Source of the DNA: Podarcis bocagei
Lineage: Eukaryota
DNA: 64,000 nucleotides
Assembly: GCA_964188305.1 (NCBI GenBank)
Contig: OZ076887.1
Reading direction: 5' to 3' (one strand)
Below are positions 28,328 to 40,502 of the stretch, piece by piece. Position 1 is the first letter of the stretch. Every line of letters begins with the position of its first letter. The translations under genes were made by a program, and so were the position numbers. The notes beneath the pieces are model-generated. The model saw only the letters and a program-made list of their open reading frames with translations, was not told where the DNA came from and made no database searches.

Positions 28328-28581
28328 CAGTGGACGCTCGGGTTGTTAACGTGATCCGTGCGGGATGCACGTTCGCAACCCACAGCGTTCACAACCCACA
28401 GAGGTGCGTTTGCGCATGCACGGGTTGCGATTCAGCGCTTCTACGCATTCGCAAAGCGTGATTTAGCACTTCTGCGCATACACAACCCCCAGAAGTAACC
28501 CGTTCCGGTACTTCTGGGTTTCGGCGGGTCCGTAACCCAAAAAAACGCAACCTGAAGTGTCTCTAACCCAAGGTATGACTG
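28328..28581. mobile_element. Tc1/mariner-pogo (Tigger-like) MITE, 254 bp
   Basis: TA|CAGTGGACGCTCGGGTT ... AACCCAAGGTATGACTG|TA. TA target-site duplication and internal AACCC/AACCTG repeats. Confidence 0.8.
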
Positions 28582-30554
28582 TATTCCCATTTTAAATGGA
28601 AATAAATTCTGATATATTTGCAGCAAACAGGTGAGGGAGTAGAACTGTGGTTCTAATTTAAAATGTAGAATGTTATCCTGAATATGTGTGCCAAATATCA
28701 TTGTAGTATCTCAGGAGTAAAGGCACGTCCTTCTCCCTCAAAAAAAGGGGGGGCGATATCATGCCACCCACAGCAAATGCAACCATGTATACATAGTACT
28801 TTCATACACGTTGCATGCTTGTGCATGCTTTACAAGTGCTTATTCTGCCACTTGACATAAAATAAGTTTCTAGCCAATGTTTTCTGGTTTTTTTTTTCTC
28901 CCTGTGGCTTTTATGTTGTTCACCAATTTGTCAGGAGGAATTGGACTGCTACACTTAGAGAGCAAGACAGAGAATCTTATTCAGTGGAGTGCAGACTTTC
29001 TCATATAGCAGCCAAGATGCCCTCATTTTAAGGGTCTGATCCTAACAATCCTAACTTGTTTGAAAGTGGTGTGCAGTGCTGTGTTAGAATATTTCTGACC
29101 CAATCATTACCATCTGAATGCATATGTGCAGCATCTGCTGCGATTCACGAAACGCCATTCACTCCTACTCAATAAATCCTATCAGAAGGGAACATGCCAA
29201 GGTGTTGCCCCAAGGTATGAGCTTTTGCACACATCCCTGCATGCTGCGGGGTTCATACGGCCCCATCCTTGGCTGATATGTGGATCTGTTGGTTGTTTTT
29301 CTGTTTCACCAGATAGTCAGAGAGAACTGAGCCAAATACTTCAAAGACTCCTGCCTCTGTGATGTTAGCAGAGGGCTCATTATAGCAAATCCGTAAAAGT
29401 TTGAGACTCTGCTACAACCGGGAGCACTGAGGAGCTGCTCCCTGGGTTTCCTTGGCAGCTGAGATGCAACACAAGGAGGAGGGAGGAGAGGGGAGGCGGG
29501 TGTAAGCCAGTCATTTAATTAGTAAGTCTGTAACCAAAAACCCATCTATCTTTGCTGGCAGGTGGCTGACTGAATTTCTATTATTAGCTGACAGGTGATG
29601 TCACAAAATCTGTCATGCAGCCAACCAGGGAATCCCCAGCGGAAGATAAACGAGAGAGGGGTCTGGGTTATAAACAAAGGTGCCCTTTGATTGACCTCCA
29701 TTCACTGTGGACATGTGATGCATCCTGCGAAACCTCCCACCGCTTCCCCCACCCTTGTCAGAATTAGGGCACTGAGTTCATGCTGTGTAAATTATGTTCC
29801 CAGCGTGGCGTCTGGCTGTTAAGACTGAAGTATGTGAATGTACTTAACCTTCAGTAACCTTTCCATTGTTTACTTTAGAGTATACATTTGTAGCTTCTGG
29901 CAAAAGGTAGGGATATCCTAGAGAGCATGTTAGGCCTCTTATTAATGAAGTTCCAAGAGGTTATAGTCATTTCCCCCCCATTTCCAGCCTGAATTTTTTT
30001 TTGGGGGGGGGGGAGGGGGAATAGCCAGGAGACTGCTGGCAAGTAGAAGAGGTTTCATTCTCTCCCTCCCCTCTCCTTTTTATTATTAACTGGATAGTAT
30101 GATTAGGTGCGAATGGCAAATGAAAAAGATGTCTGAAACTATTCTAGCAACTCACCAAGTGCTGCTGTGGTGCATCTGCTACTCATTGCACGGTGACGGT
30201 CCTTTCCACATTGCACTCCTAGCCATAAAGAGTTGATCCCAAGCTTTTGACGTATTACAGGATCCACATTCAGAATTTGTTACTCGCTTTTCGGCCTGCT
30301 CCTGTCCTTTGGGTGATGTAGCTAAGTTTGATTCAGGTCACCTTCTGTCTGATTTTTATTACTTAAAAAGAATTGCTTGCTTTTTTAAAAAAAGACAGAT
30401 TCAGCACAGTCTTTTCTTCCTTTTCAGCCCTTAATTCCTTGTCACATCTTTTCCCCCCCACCTGCACATGTTTATGGGTATCCAGTCAGGCCTAGATCTT
30501 ACAGGTAGTCATGTATGATGAGCAGCAACATGTTAAACAATGACATCCACAGCC

Positions 30555-30826
30555 CCACAAAGATGTAACTGCCACCAACTTGTTGACTTTGAAAGGGGAT
30601 TAGACAAAACCATAAAGGATAAGCCTATCAGTGGGTACTAGCCATGGTGGCTGGGTATTACCTCCAGTATTGGGGACAGTGTGTCTCTACAAGTTGCTGG
30701 GAAGCACAAGTGGAAAACATTGTTTTGTACTCCTCCTGCACGCAAGTTTGCCATAGGAATCTGGGTGGCCACTGGGTGAGATCAGAGCCATTGTTTAGAT
30801 GCAGCAGGGCTTTCCTAAAGTTCTTA
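30555..30826 (+). mobile_element. Decayed CR1 LINE 3' end
   Basis: Contains 'TTTGAAAGGGGATTAGACAAA..GGATAAG.CTATCA' (CR1 ORF2 end FK.GLDK) and a 3' terminus like CAGCAGGGCT...GTTCTTA. Confidence 0.6.
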
Positions 30827-33132
30827 GCCTGCTTTGTCTTGAAGGGATAGACATTAGGAGCACAATATTCAATTAGCTTTGCTTGTTCCTGACAAACAGA
30901 ACCCAGAGTGTGGTGCAGGGACTTCTTCTCTTCCCCTTGGTTCTGAGATTCCACAGGGCTCCAATTGCCCAACCGGGGTGGGGGTGGGGATTTTTTTTTT
31001 TTTAAGCATTTGGAAAGATCCTAGTGTGTTGAGAGCAGCTAGGTGCATTTGTGCATGCACATCCATGCATGCACAGACAGCAGGAGGGGACGCATGAATG
31101 CTATATCCTGTAGAAATCAACTTGAGTTACACCAGATACTCCATTAATTGGGTTTGAAGGCCCTAGCCCCTCTCTGAGAGGGAAGTATGGGATTGCAGTA
31201 AGGGTACATTTTGGATGTGAGGTGGACGTCCTTTTCTGGAGTGTCACTATGGATTTTCCTGTCATTTCTGCATCGGCATTACTTCTGGTAGAGCCGGGGT
31301 TGAGAATGTTCCTCTGACTACCCATCCCTTTAAAAGCACTTGGTTCTGGTTATGGACTCTGTATCTTAATGGTTTAGAGTGGATAGGTGGGAAGTTGGGA
31401 GAAGGAAAGGCAGGGAGTTTAACAATTTGTAATTAAAACTGCCCCCCAGTGCTACTTTAAAAGTAATTTTTGGTTTTAAAAGTGTTGATTACATATTTTA
31501 ATGTCACAAAAAGTGGTAGTGGCGTATAGAGTAAGTTGCTTCGGATCAATGTGAGACAACCGACTTAACAAATATTAATACTAATACACCGATGACTTCC
31601 CTCAGTCTGCCTTAGCAATAATTCAGGGGTCATTGACTAACAAAGCTGTAGACCTGTTGTGCACCTGAGTTCCACCATGACCTCCAAGATCACTCTTTGA
31701 TGTATTAGTTCTGTGCAACAAATTAGAAACATAATGGGGGGAGCTCTAGTCCTCCTGATGCTCATCAAAACTTCTTCCACAGACCCTGTTGGACCTTGTT
31801 TATTTGGATAAGTCCCCACCCACCCACCCAAAAGAACCCCATCATCATCATCATCATCATCACAGTAAAGTTGTTGCCTGACCTGAACCTCTCCAGACTA
31901 GACATATTATCAGTAAAAAAATTAAGTATTGGAAAGCAATACTTCAAAATCCTTTGAAATACACTCAGGCCCTTAGAACTGGCTCTTCTGTTTCACAGTT
32001 GAGGCTCAAGCCTATGGCTTCCACTGCATGCCACATTTTGCAGCTGTTTATTATAGCTAGTAGTTTCAAAAACAACAACCAGCAGGTAGAAACCTAGCCT
32101 ACAAATTCACAGTTGGGTATCTTGTTTTCCTTTCTCTTTTTATGTCAGACATATTTATATGACTAGACACTGTGAGAGAGATCATTATTTTGCCCCCAAA
32201 ACAGAGTATATTCATGCCTCCTGTAAATGTTACAAGTATGTTCCACAAACAATTAGCTTTTGTTTCTTAGACTGAATTTAGTTAGAATTAAGGTACGGCT
32301 AAGCAAAATTGATGCTTAATGAGCTGAGGAAAGGTTGAAATATAGTGTGAGATGAGTATTTGATATTTTCTAGTCAATAGTTTATGAATTCTCAGCTTTT
32401 TTTTTTTTGGTTTTGCATTTGTTGAATCAGAAATAGCCATTGCTAATGGTTCCAGAATTTCAGGAAGCAGTAAATGGACAGGACAAACCCCAAAGATTCA
32501 AATAGCACCTATTTATAGAACTGATTTAGACACTATTATATTCATCTAAGGATAATTCTATAATCTCAAGATACCAGGAATCTGTCAGTTCCCATATTTA
32601 TAGGCTACTATAAAAGTAATTTGGGGTTCTACACATAATGAGGCATTAGGATCACTAGCTTTGCAGAAGGCATCTCATGTCTAAGCTTTATTAAAATGGG
32701 AACTTTTCTTCCACATGCGTCACTTGAGATGACATGGTCCTTGGAACAGTCATCTAATCAGAAGATTAGTTCTGCCTTTTTTGTTGGTGTCTGGGGTAGG
32801 ATGAGGGAGGATCAGCATTCTCTCAATTTAATTGTTTCTTGTGAGGCATCTAGTGATCCAGTGAGAGGATTAGACATAGGGAATGTGACCTATTATTTAG
32901 AGGTGTGTTCAACCACCATCCTGAATCCCAACCATCTTGGCTTAAGCAGTAGACTCATCTCTTAGATACACAAAAGACAGGAATTTAGTAACATAAAACA
33001 TCTCAGGCACCAGGTATATTCAGAGAAAACAAAATATTGATGGGCACTTGCTCTCTGTCTCCCCCTCTTGGTTTCATAGTTACTTATTTAACCAAATACC
33101 TAATATTTATTCTCCTGGTTTGAATCTTCCAG

Positions 33133-33271
33133 CAAATTCGGGTTCCCTTCAAGGTCCACAGACACCTCAGTCAACTGGTAGCAATTCCATGACTGAAGTA
33201 CCAGGTGACCTCAAGCCTCCAACACCAGCATCTACACCTCATGGACAAATGACACCACTGCAGGGCAACAG
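33133..33271 (+). CDS. ARID1B: ARID1B coding exon (139 nt; [47 protein letters not shown])
   Basis: Acceptor tcttccag, donor CAG|gtagta. Phase 1 to 2. Confidence 0.97.
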
Positions 33272-33323
33272 GTAGTATATTTTCTTTCCCCTTTCTTAGA
33301 GCCTGTCTGGACTTTGTGCTGTA

Positions 33324-33565
33324 CAGTGGTACCTTGGGTTAAGTACTTAATTCGTTCCGGAGGTCTGTTCTTAACCTGAAACTGTTCTTAACCTGAAGCA
33401 CCACTTTAGCTAATGGGGCCTCCTGCTGCTGCCGCGCCGCCGGAGCACGATTTCTGTTCTCATCCTGAAGCAAAGTTCTTAACCCGAGGTACTATTTTTG
33501 GGTTAGCGGAGTCTGTAACCTGAAGCGTATGTAACCTGAAGCATATGTAACCCGAGTTACCACTG
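33324..33565. mobile_element. Tigger-like MITE, 242 bp (same family as 57290-57531, opposite orientation)
   Basis: TA|CAGTGGTACCTTGGGTT ... AACCCGAGTTACCACTG. Internal AACCTGAAGC repeats. Confidence 0.88.
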
Positions 33566-33790
33566 TGTCATTCTTTCAGGAATGCTTTCTTGTGGCTCAA
33601 AATTCAATGTATTGTTGTTGTGGAAATCTCATTGGTATCTATGACATGATTGCATGCCATGGGAATCTAAACTCCATAATCCCTTGCCCCACCATGTTTG
33701 ATCCTGACCCCAGTGCCCAGCCATGAAAGAGGGTGCTATCATGAATTGCATGGACTCAGTGCAAAGTGGGAGGAAGCTTCTTATAATGGT

Positions 33791-33821
<31 letters not shown>

Positions 33822-34302
33822 ATTGAGTGTTCAGGCTTTGTCTTGAGATTTGCACTCATTGCTGAAGTCAAAATACAGAAGGTTTCTCCAGGCTCTGTCT
33901 TGAGACTAGCTAGTTTCATCTTACATGTGAGTTTGCAGGCTGAGTCTTTTACTCTGGAACTCATATCACTTGCATTGCTTCAGGACACTTATGAAAAGGT
34001 GTGTGTGTGTGTGTGTGTGTGTCCCGCTGCCACATTATTATTATTCTTGTTAAATTTCTGTAGCACCCATCATCTGAGGATCACAGGGCAGTTTACTATA
34101 TGAAAACACAAATGCCTAGAATGTTTTTGAAACTGGGTTTTGAAAGTGGGCTGTCAAAGTAAAATGGTAAAAGTGTAAAACCGATGGAGTTTTTTAGAGC
34201 AATTTAACTCACTGAACTACATGGCTCACCATCTAATAAGGTATCACAATGTGTGTTTCTGTTTCCATGACATTAATGCTTTCTTTTCCTCTGTCTCTTT
34301 AG

Positions 34303-34475
34303 AAATAGTTCCATTAGTGTGCATGATCCCTTTTCAGATGTAAGTGATTCGACATTCCCAAAGCGAAACTCCATGACCCCAAATGCACCTTATCAGCAGT
34401 CTATGAATATGCCAGATATGATGGGAAGAATGCCCTATGAACCGAATAAGGACCCTTTTGGTGGGATGAGAAAAG
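34303..34475 (+). CDS. ARID1B: ARID1B coding exon (173 nt; [57 protein letters not shown])
   Basis: Acceptor ctgtctctttag, donor AAG|gtatat. Phase 2 to 1. Confidence 0.97.
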
Positions 34476-34796
34476 GTATATTCTGTTTCCTAGCTACCTT
34501 ATGTGTACGTGTGTGTGAATTTAGGTGATTTGTTACCTTTGCATCCCAGAGATGTGAAGGGGGAAACCCTGTATGATACTGTTCTCACTGATCTCTGCTT
34601 TTTATTACATTTCATAAGCTATAGGTGCTCTTTCAGGGTTTGGTGTGGTTTAGACGGAAGGATATTTCTATAAAAGGGGAAAGGATTGTCAGCAAAGTTT
34701 TAAAAACGCACTGCTAGGTTACAGTCTACGCACATCTATTTGGGAGTAAACACCAATTAATTTCAGGTGCACACCTGTTTTCTTCTCTGCTTGCAG

Positions 34797-34947
34797 TGCC
34801 TGGAAACAGTGAACCCTTCATGACCCCTGGACAGATGCCCAACAGTGGAATGCAAGAAATGTACAACCAGACTTCCTCAGGGGCAATGTCCAATATGGGC
34901 ATGGGCCAGCGCCAGCAGTTTGCCTATGGAAGTGGTTATGACCGGAG
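34797..34947 (+). CDS. ARID1B: ARID1B coding exon (151 nt; [51 protein letters not shown])
   Basis: Acceptor ttctctgcttgcag, donor GAG|gtgagt. Phase 1 to 2. Matches recalled human [25 protein letters not shown]. Confidence 0.96.
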
Positions 34948-36219
34948 GTGAGTGACTCTGTCTTTTTTTATCCTCCCTTACAATGGCGTTCTATACTGAT
35001 GACTTCACACCATCTAGGCCAGGGATGGGAAACCCATGGACCTCCAGGTAATGTTGGACTATACCCAGTTGCAGCCCAAAAAACTTTTACAGGGCCACAA
35101 GCTCCCCATCTGTAATGTAGCAATCTCCTGAATCAATTAGAGTAAAATCATTAGTAAAAACTGAGTCTGTCCTCTCCCCCCCCCCCCCCCCCCTACAAGG
35201 AATCAGTAAGTGAGGGGTGTGGCTGCATAAGGAAATTTAGGTATGTTGTTGGGTATATTTGAATTCTTATTTGGAGTGGCGTTATCATAACTGAGCTGAA
35301 GTGTGTTTGCTCTTAATGAACATTTTAGCCCTGACAAACTGCACTCTACTCTTTTGGGTGATTTTGCAGACTCCTTTGCAAAAAGGTGTAAAAATGTTCA
35401 TGAGGAGGTGGGTGTCAGAAAGAGGGAGCAGGTCTCCATTGCCAAAGCATAGTTGACTAATGGGGCAAAAGGCCTGACTACATGTCCCGTTGAAAGTAAT
35501 CCAGTGTATATCCAAACTTCGATCTCTGCCATGTACACAGCACTACTTTCAGTAGGATGCATATCCTCATCTACATTCTGACCCAACAAGCTCAACTACA
35601 TGTAATTGGAATAAAAGTCTTACCTTGGCAGCCAGAGAAATGAACAGCAGAGCAAGACAGAGAGTGTCAGCATGGTTACTTGTGCAATCCCCTCCAGCTA
35701 TTTAGAGTCAGGTCAGTTGGAGAGCTTTCTTTGCCCTAAGTGATATCACCACGTAGCCAGGTCTGATTGTCTATATGATGGTGATTGCTTGGGATCAAGC
35801 ACAAAAGTCTTTTTAGGTAAAATCATCATCATCATCATCATAATTGCACTCAAATAGTTTGGGGAGGGGAACAATGGCTCGGCACAAATATGGCAAAATG
35901 CATGAAAGAATGGAAGGTACAGGGGTTTTTGCAAACCTTTTTTCTCTCTCTTCAAAATAGTGACATTTGCAGTGAATTTGGCACAGCACTAGTAAAACAA
36001 AAAACAAAGAAGCCCCTTTTTCTTCTTTTCAATAAAAACAAAGCATGCAGACTATGTTTTGCTCCATGTCCCAGTAATTTAGCTTCCTGCCGCTGTCTTT
36101 GAGAGGCACTGCTCCTGTAATGTGGTTATAACTATAATCCCATTGTCAATGGTTCAGTAGCTAGAATGGATTATTTCTTAATTATATTAATAAAGACTTT
36201 TGAAAAAGCTAGTAGTGGA

Positions 36220-36293
36220 GATTCCTTCATTGGATGGGGTTGGATTAGATGACCTTCAGGATCCCTCCCGATTCTATGATCTATGATTCTATT
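36220..36293 (+). mobile_element. CR1 LINE extreme 3' end with (ATTCTATG)-type tail
   Basis: GGGGTTGGATTAGATGACCTTCAGGATCCCTCCCGATTCTATGATCTATGATTCTA. A similar remnant lies at ~17325-17385. Confidence 0.75.
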
Positions 36294-36828
36294 ATAAGCT
36301 CTGGATACCAACAGAAAGGATCAGTGCAGAGGAAAATATATTTTACCGGTTAGAAGTGTTTTGTCCCACAACTTCACTAAAGAGCTAAATAACAAATTTG
36401 CCTATACACACACACACAATATTTAAAAAAAAACCAATGTGAATCTGCAACATGAAACTCTAATTACTAGAAATAATCTCTACCAAATATTCTCAAAACA
36501 TCCAGTGTTTGATGGCCAAACTAAAATTAAGCTAATTTCAGAACATCTTGAATTTTTTCAAACTAAGTTGTTTTGTGATTTTTTTTTACTGTTAGGAATA
36601 GAAGTCACAGAACTGTAAGTGGCATGTCATTTGTCCCTCCCCCTCCCAGTTATGTGTAGCTGTTTCCATGTTTCAGGTTTCAGTGGGCTGAATTTCATAA
36701 TCAAGAGCATCATAAAATAGGTGCCATACATTTATTCCTTGAAGAAATAAACTGCAGTGGTCCCAATGACACTTTGAGTCCCTGAGAGGTCTGGAGCCCA
36801 AACCGGCTATGCCTTAATTTTTTAATTA

Positions 36829-37087
36829 CTGTATTTTTTGCTCTATAAGACTCACTTTTTCCCTCCTAAAAAGTAAGGGGAAATGTGTGTGCGTCTTATG
36901 GAGCGAATGCAGGCTGCGCAGCTATCCCAGAAGCCAGAACAGCAAGAGGGATTGCTGCTTTCACTGCGCAGCGATCCCTCTTGCTGTTCTGGCTTCGGAG
37001 ATTCAGAATATTTTTTTTCTTGTTTTCCTCCTCCAAAAACTAGGTGCATCTTGTGGTCTGGTGCGTCTTATAGAGCGAAAAATACGG
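36829..37087 (+). mobile_element. CCGTA-ended Tc1/mariner-type MITE, 259 bp, with internal 29-bp hairpin
   Basis: TA|CTGTATTTTTTGCTCTATAAGAC ... GTCTTATAGAGCGAAAAATACGG|TA. TA TSD. Confidence 0.88.
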
Positions 37088-37156
37088 TATTTTTTTTTTA
37101 GCAGATTGAGAGAATAAGTGCTTTTTACAGCATGAGGTTTCCTTTGTCATTTTTAG

Positions 37157-37273
37157 GTCGGATCATGGGCTGGGTCCTGAAGGCAGTATGGGAGCACCTG
37201 GTCAAAGCAACATGGTGCCTTCAAACAGTGACCCAAGCATGTACTCTCCTAACCGTTACCCTGGGCAGCAAAG
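37157..37273 (+). CDS. ARID1B: Extra in-frame ARID1B exon (117 nt; [39 protein letters not shown]), ARID1A-like
   Basis: Acceptor ttcctttgtcatttttag, donor AAG|gtgaac. Symmetric phase 2 to 2, no stop. Resembles recalled ARID1A [40 protein letters not shown]. Confidence 0.88.
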
Positions 37274-40059
37274 GTGAACAACAATTTAATTTGTTTCAAA
37301 TGCCTGTGTTAATCAGATAATTTTAAATCTTGAGAGCCACTGGGCAGAAGGTGCAATTTACCAAGCATTGTTGCTGTGTAGCCTTTTTTCTTTTAATGGG
37401 ACTTCTGCTGTTCCCTGGCATCATCGACTCCTTTGAGAACAGTAGCAGTGGCTCAGCAGCCATGTCGATGGAGTGTTTCCAGAACTTACAGGAGCTTGAT
37501 GTCTGGCTTTTCATTATTTCAGTTTTGGATTATAACAGTATGTTCATTTTGAACTTCTAGAGAACATGGGATTGCAAAAGCCCTTCTACTTCCATAAATC
37601 AAAATAAAACTGTTATTTTGCTCATATATACACATGAAGTACTGTTCTTAACCTTTTACTTTAAATTTAGTCATTAAATGTTGAGGCTCCCATGTCTTTC
37701 TTTGGTTGCAACATTTTGTAAACAAATTAATTGAGATTCCTTGAAATATGGCTTATGTTTTTAAGTGGAACCCTCTAGGAGCTAGAATTCCAGCATATAT
37801 ATGCACAGACTTCTCTCACTTGCAGACATCAGCATGAACTGGGTCTACTCTCTAGGGTGAAAGCAGACCTTTGACTTTTCCCTTAAACCTCATTCTGTCA
37901 GACATTTTTAAAATCAAATTTTACAACTGTAACTCACTAAGAACATTTAAGAAGTGCTGCAGAGATATAAAAAACCATCATATATTTGTATAGCCAGTGG
38001 ATCCTCTATGAATATGACATCTATACATGCATCCAGTGCCATCACCATACATGGCACCTTACAGTTACATGGGCAAAATAGGCAAATCCCTACCTTCAAG
38101 GAGCTTAAAATAGACAATGGGAGGGAAGACCATAGAGGGGAGGGAGGAAAGACAAAGGGAGGGAGAAAATGATGCAAGCAAATGCAGTTCCATGTGCTTA
38201 AAGGTTGGGAATGAGGACTGAGGTTTGAGAAGGGATTTGAAAGAAGGGACAGAGGTAGCCCAGTGCAGTATACCTTGAACATAAAAGAAATATGTCACAG
38301 TAAGAGCACACAAGGTGGCTTATTCCAGCCTTACCAAGGAGGCATCCTTGGTTTATCAGGTAAAGAAGCTTATTTTTCTTAGGTCTGAGTATTAATATTC
38401 TAGTTGCTAATTATTGCCTATTTTAGATTTGTGTCTGTATGGTTATGCCACTGTAAGGGGCTCCATAGCAAATTAAATACCTTAGGTCATATTGTTTGTT
38501 TATATTAATACATTTCGAGGACAATTTACAAATTTTAAATAGCAAAATAACAAGTTGTCACCTGGCATGGGATTGATATCAAATTTGGTGCTGTGTGAGC
38601 TAACTTAGAAAAAGTATTCCACAGGCAGGGTCCCCTGGGAAGTATTCCATGAAGTATTTCCATCAATTCAAAGACTCGCTGCCCTGTTCCCCCCCCACAC
38701 ACCCTAAATCTGTTTTGGGAGTTCCTCCAATTCTCTGTAGCAGATTTGGGAAGGGCATAGGGGGGTCCATGGCATCACTGCACTAACTGACCAATTGCAA
38801 GAGCAATCCTAGATGTTTATTTGCTGGATAAATGAGTCTTAAGGTTGTGCTTTTAATCTGAGACGAGATGGTTTGGATGTTATATTATAGCAAATTACGT
38901 TATATCCAGTTTGGGGTCTCCCGTCAAAATTAGATACAGTACTCTGCACTGTTACCAAGTTGCAAAGGTAAGTTTCCAGGTGTGCCTACAGCTCTTGAGT
39001 TCTCAACATAATATGTAATAAACATAATCATGCTTACATGAAGTTCTCACAATGCATGCATTCACATGTAACTCTAACCCAGGGTAGTTCAAGTCCCACC
39101 AGCCTCAGCAAGCATAGCCAATGATCAGGGATGATGGGAGTTGTAATCCATAACATCTGGGGTACATCATGCTGGCTACTCCTGTACTAAACCATAATTT
39201 AGTGCTAAGTTGATGAACCTCATGAAGCTCAAGCAAAGCATCAGGCTTACACACTCCCCAATCTTCCTGTGCAACAAGGAGGACTTTTGCCAAGCTTAAT
39301 TTCACTTCCAAAGAAAATTGGTTTAACTTTATGTATTCCAGTTCAATTATAAATTTTCCTTAAACTTCTGAATAAAATATTTCTCCTGTTTACATAAATA
39401 ATTTTATAAAAGTGTAATATTCTAACATTATTGGCTAACCATAGATTTCATCATCACTGTGTGACTCAACGCAGAATCAACTTCAGCCTCTTAGTTGGAT
39501 TTGTTTTCACTGTAGGATGGGCACATAATTTTGACTTCAAAGCTTTCAGCTCATTCAGATATTTGCAAGTGAGGTGAAGTGGAAGCTTGGATATTGGAAT
39601 TATATGTCCCCAGCACTCTAAACAGGAAGTTGCACATGACCCTGGGATACCAGTAATTCACTCAGTTGCTACAGTACTTCCATCTCTCATAAGAGATTAA
39701 AGGAAAGCAGAAAACTTGTGAATCAGGCATACATCCATGTCATATGTTGCCTCCTACCTGCAGCAGTAGGTATGTTCAATTCTCAGATCCAAGCCTACAC
39801 AACTACTTCTACATTTTTTATAAGACTGAAATAAATGTACTCTGATACAGTGCCACTGAACCAAACTGAACTGCAGCCCAAGCACACACCCCCATGAACA
39901 AAACTTCTGTTTTAACAAATAACATTTTGTTGTTGACAGGCGGTATGATGGAACAGAAGGGAGGTTCTGTGGAGAGCTTCAGGACTTCTTATAAACAGCT
40001 CTCCGTTTATAATTGGGAAATTGTCTGTACTAATTAGTAGCTCACATTCCTCATTGCAG

Positions 40060-40156
40060 GCATGAACAATATGGGCCGCAATATCCAGTGCAAGTACCTC
40101 CTTCAGGACAGCCACCCTATGGGGGACACCAACCTGGAATGTTTCCACAACAGCAG
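40060..40156 (+). CDS. ARID1B: ARID1B coding exon (97 nt; [32 protein letters not shown])
   Basis: Acceptor ttcctcattgcag, donor CAG|gtaaac. Phase 2 to 0. Matches recalled human [31 protein letters not shown]. Confidence 0.96.
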
Positions 40157-40502
40157 GTAAACATTTGTGGTTGTCATTTTCCCTCCGCAAAGTTCATTCT
40201 AGAAATCCATGCATACGGACATTGAAAAACAGAATGCAACATTAGGATGAATTCCACAGAAAAGACATTGCCAGGCCTATGACTGCATGTGTGTGGATCC
40301 TTTTGTATGAAATGTTTCATAGTTGTGAATAGCTGATTCAGTGACACACGGGACAAGGTGGGTTTGGTGTTGTTGTTTTTTACTGAGGGAGATTTGATGC
40401 CAGTGCATAGACAATGTACAAAGACAAAGGACATATCCCCAATAATGTTGGTAGGGGGAGGAGGGCTGTTTCTATGTTATCTTCATGCACTTCAGATAGC
40501 TA

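Noticed and set aside
37131-37156. Upstream acceptor ctttttacag (37130) for the extra exon
   Set aside because: It lies 26 nt upstream and shifts the frame to a peptide with no ARID1 similarity. The 37157 site gives the homologous peptide.
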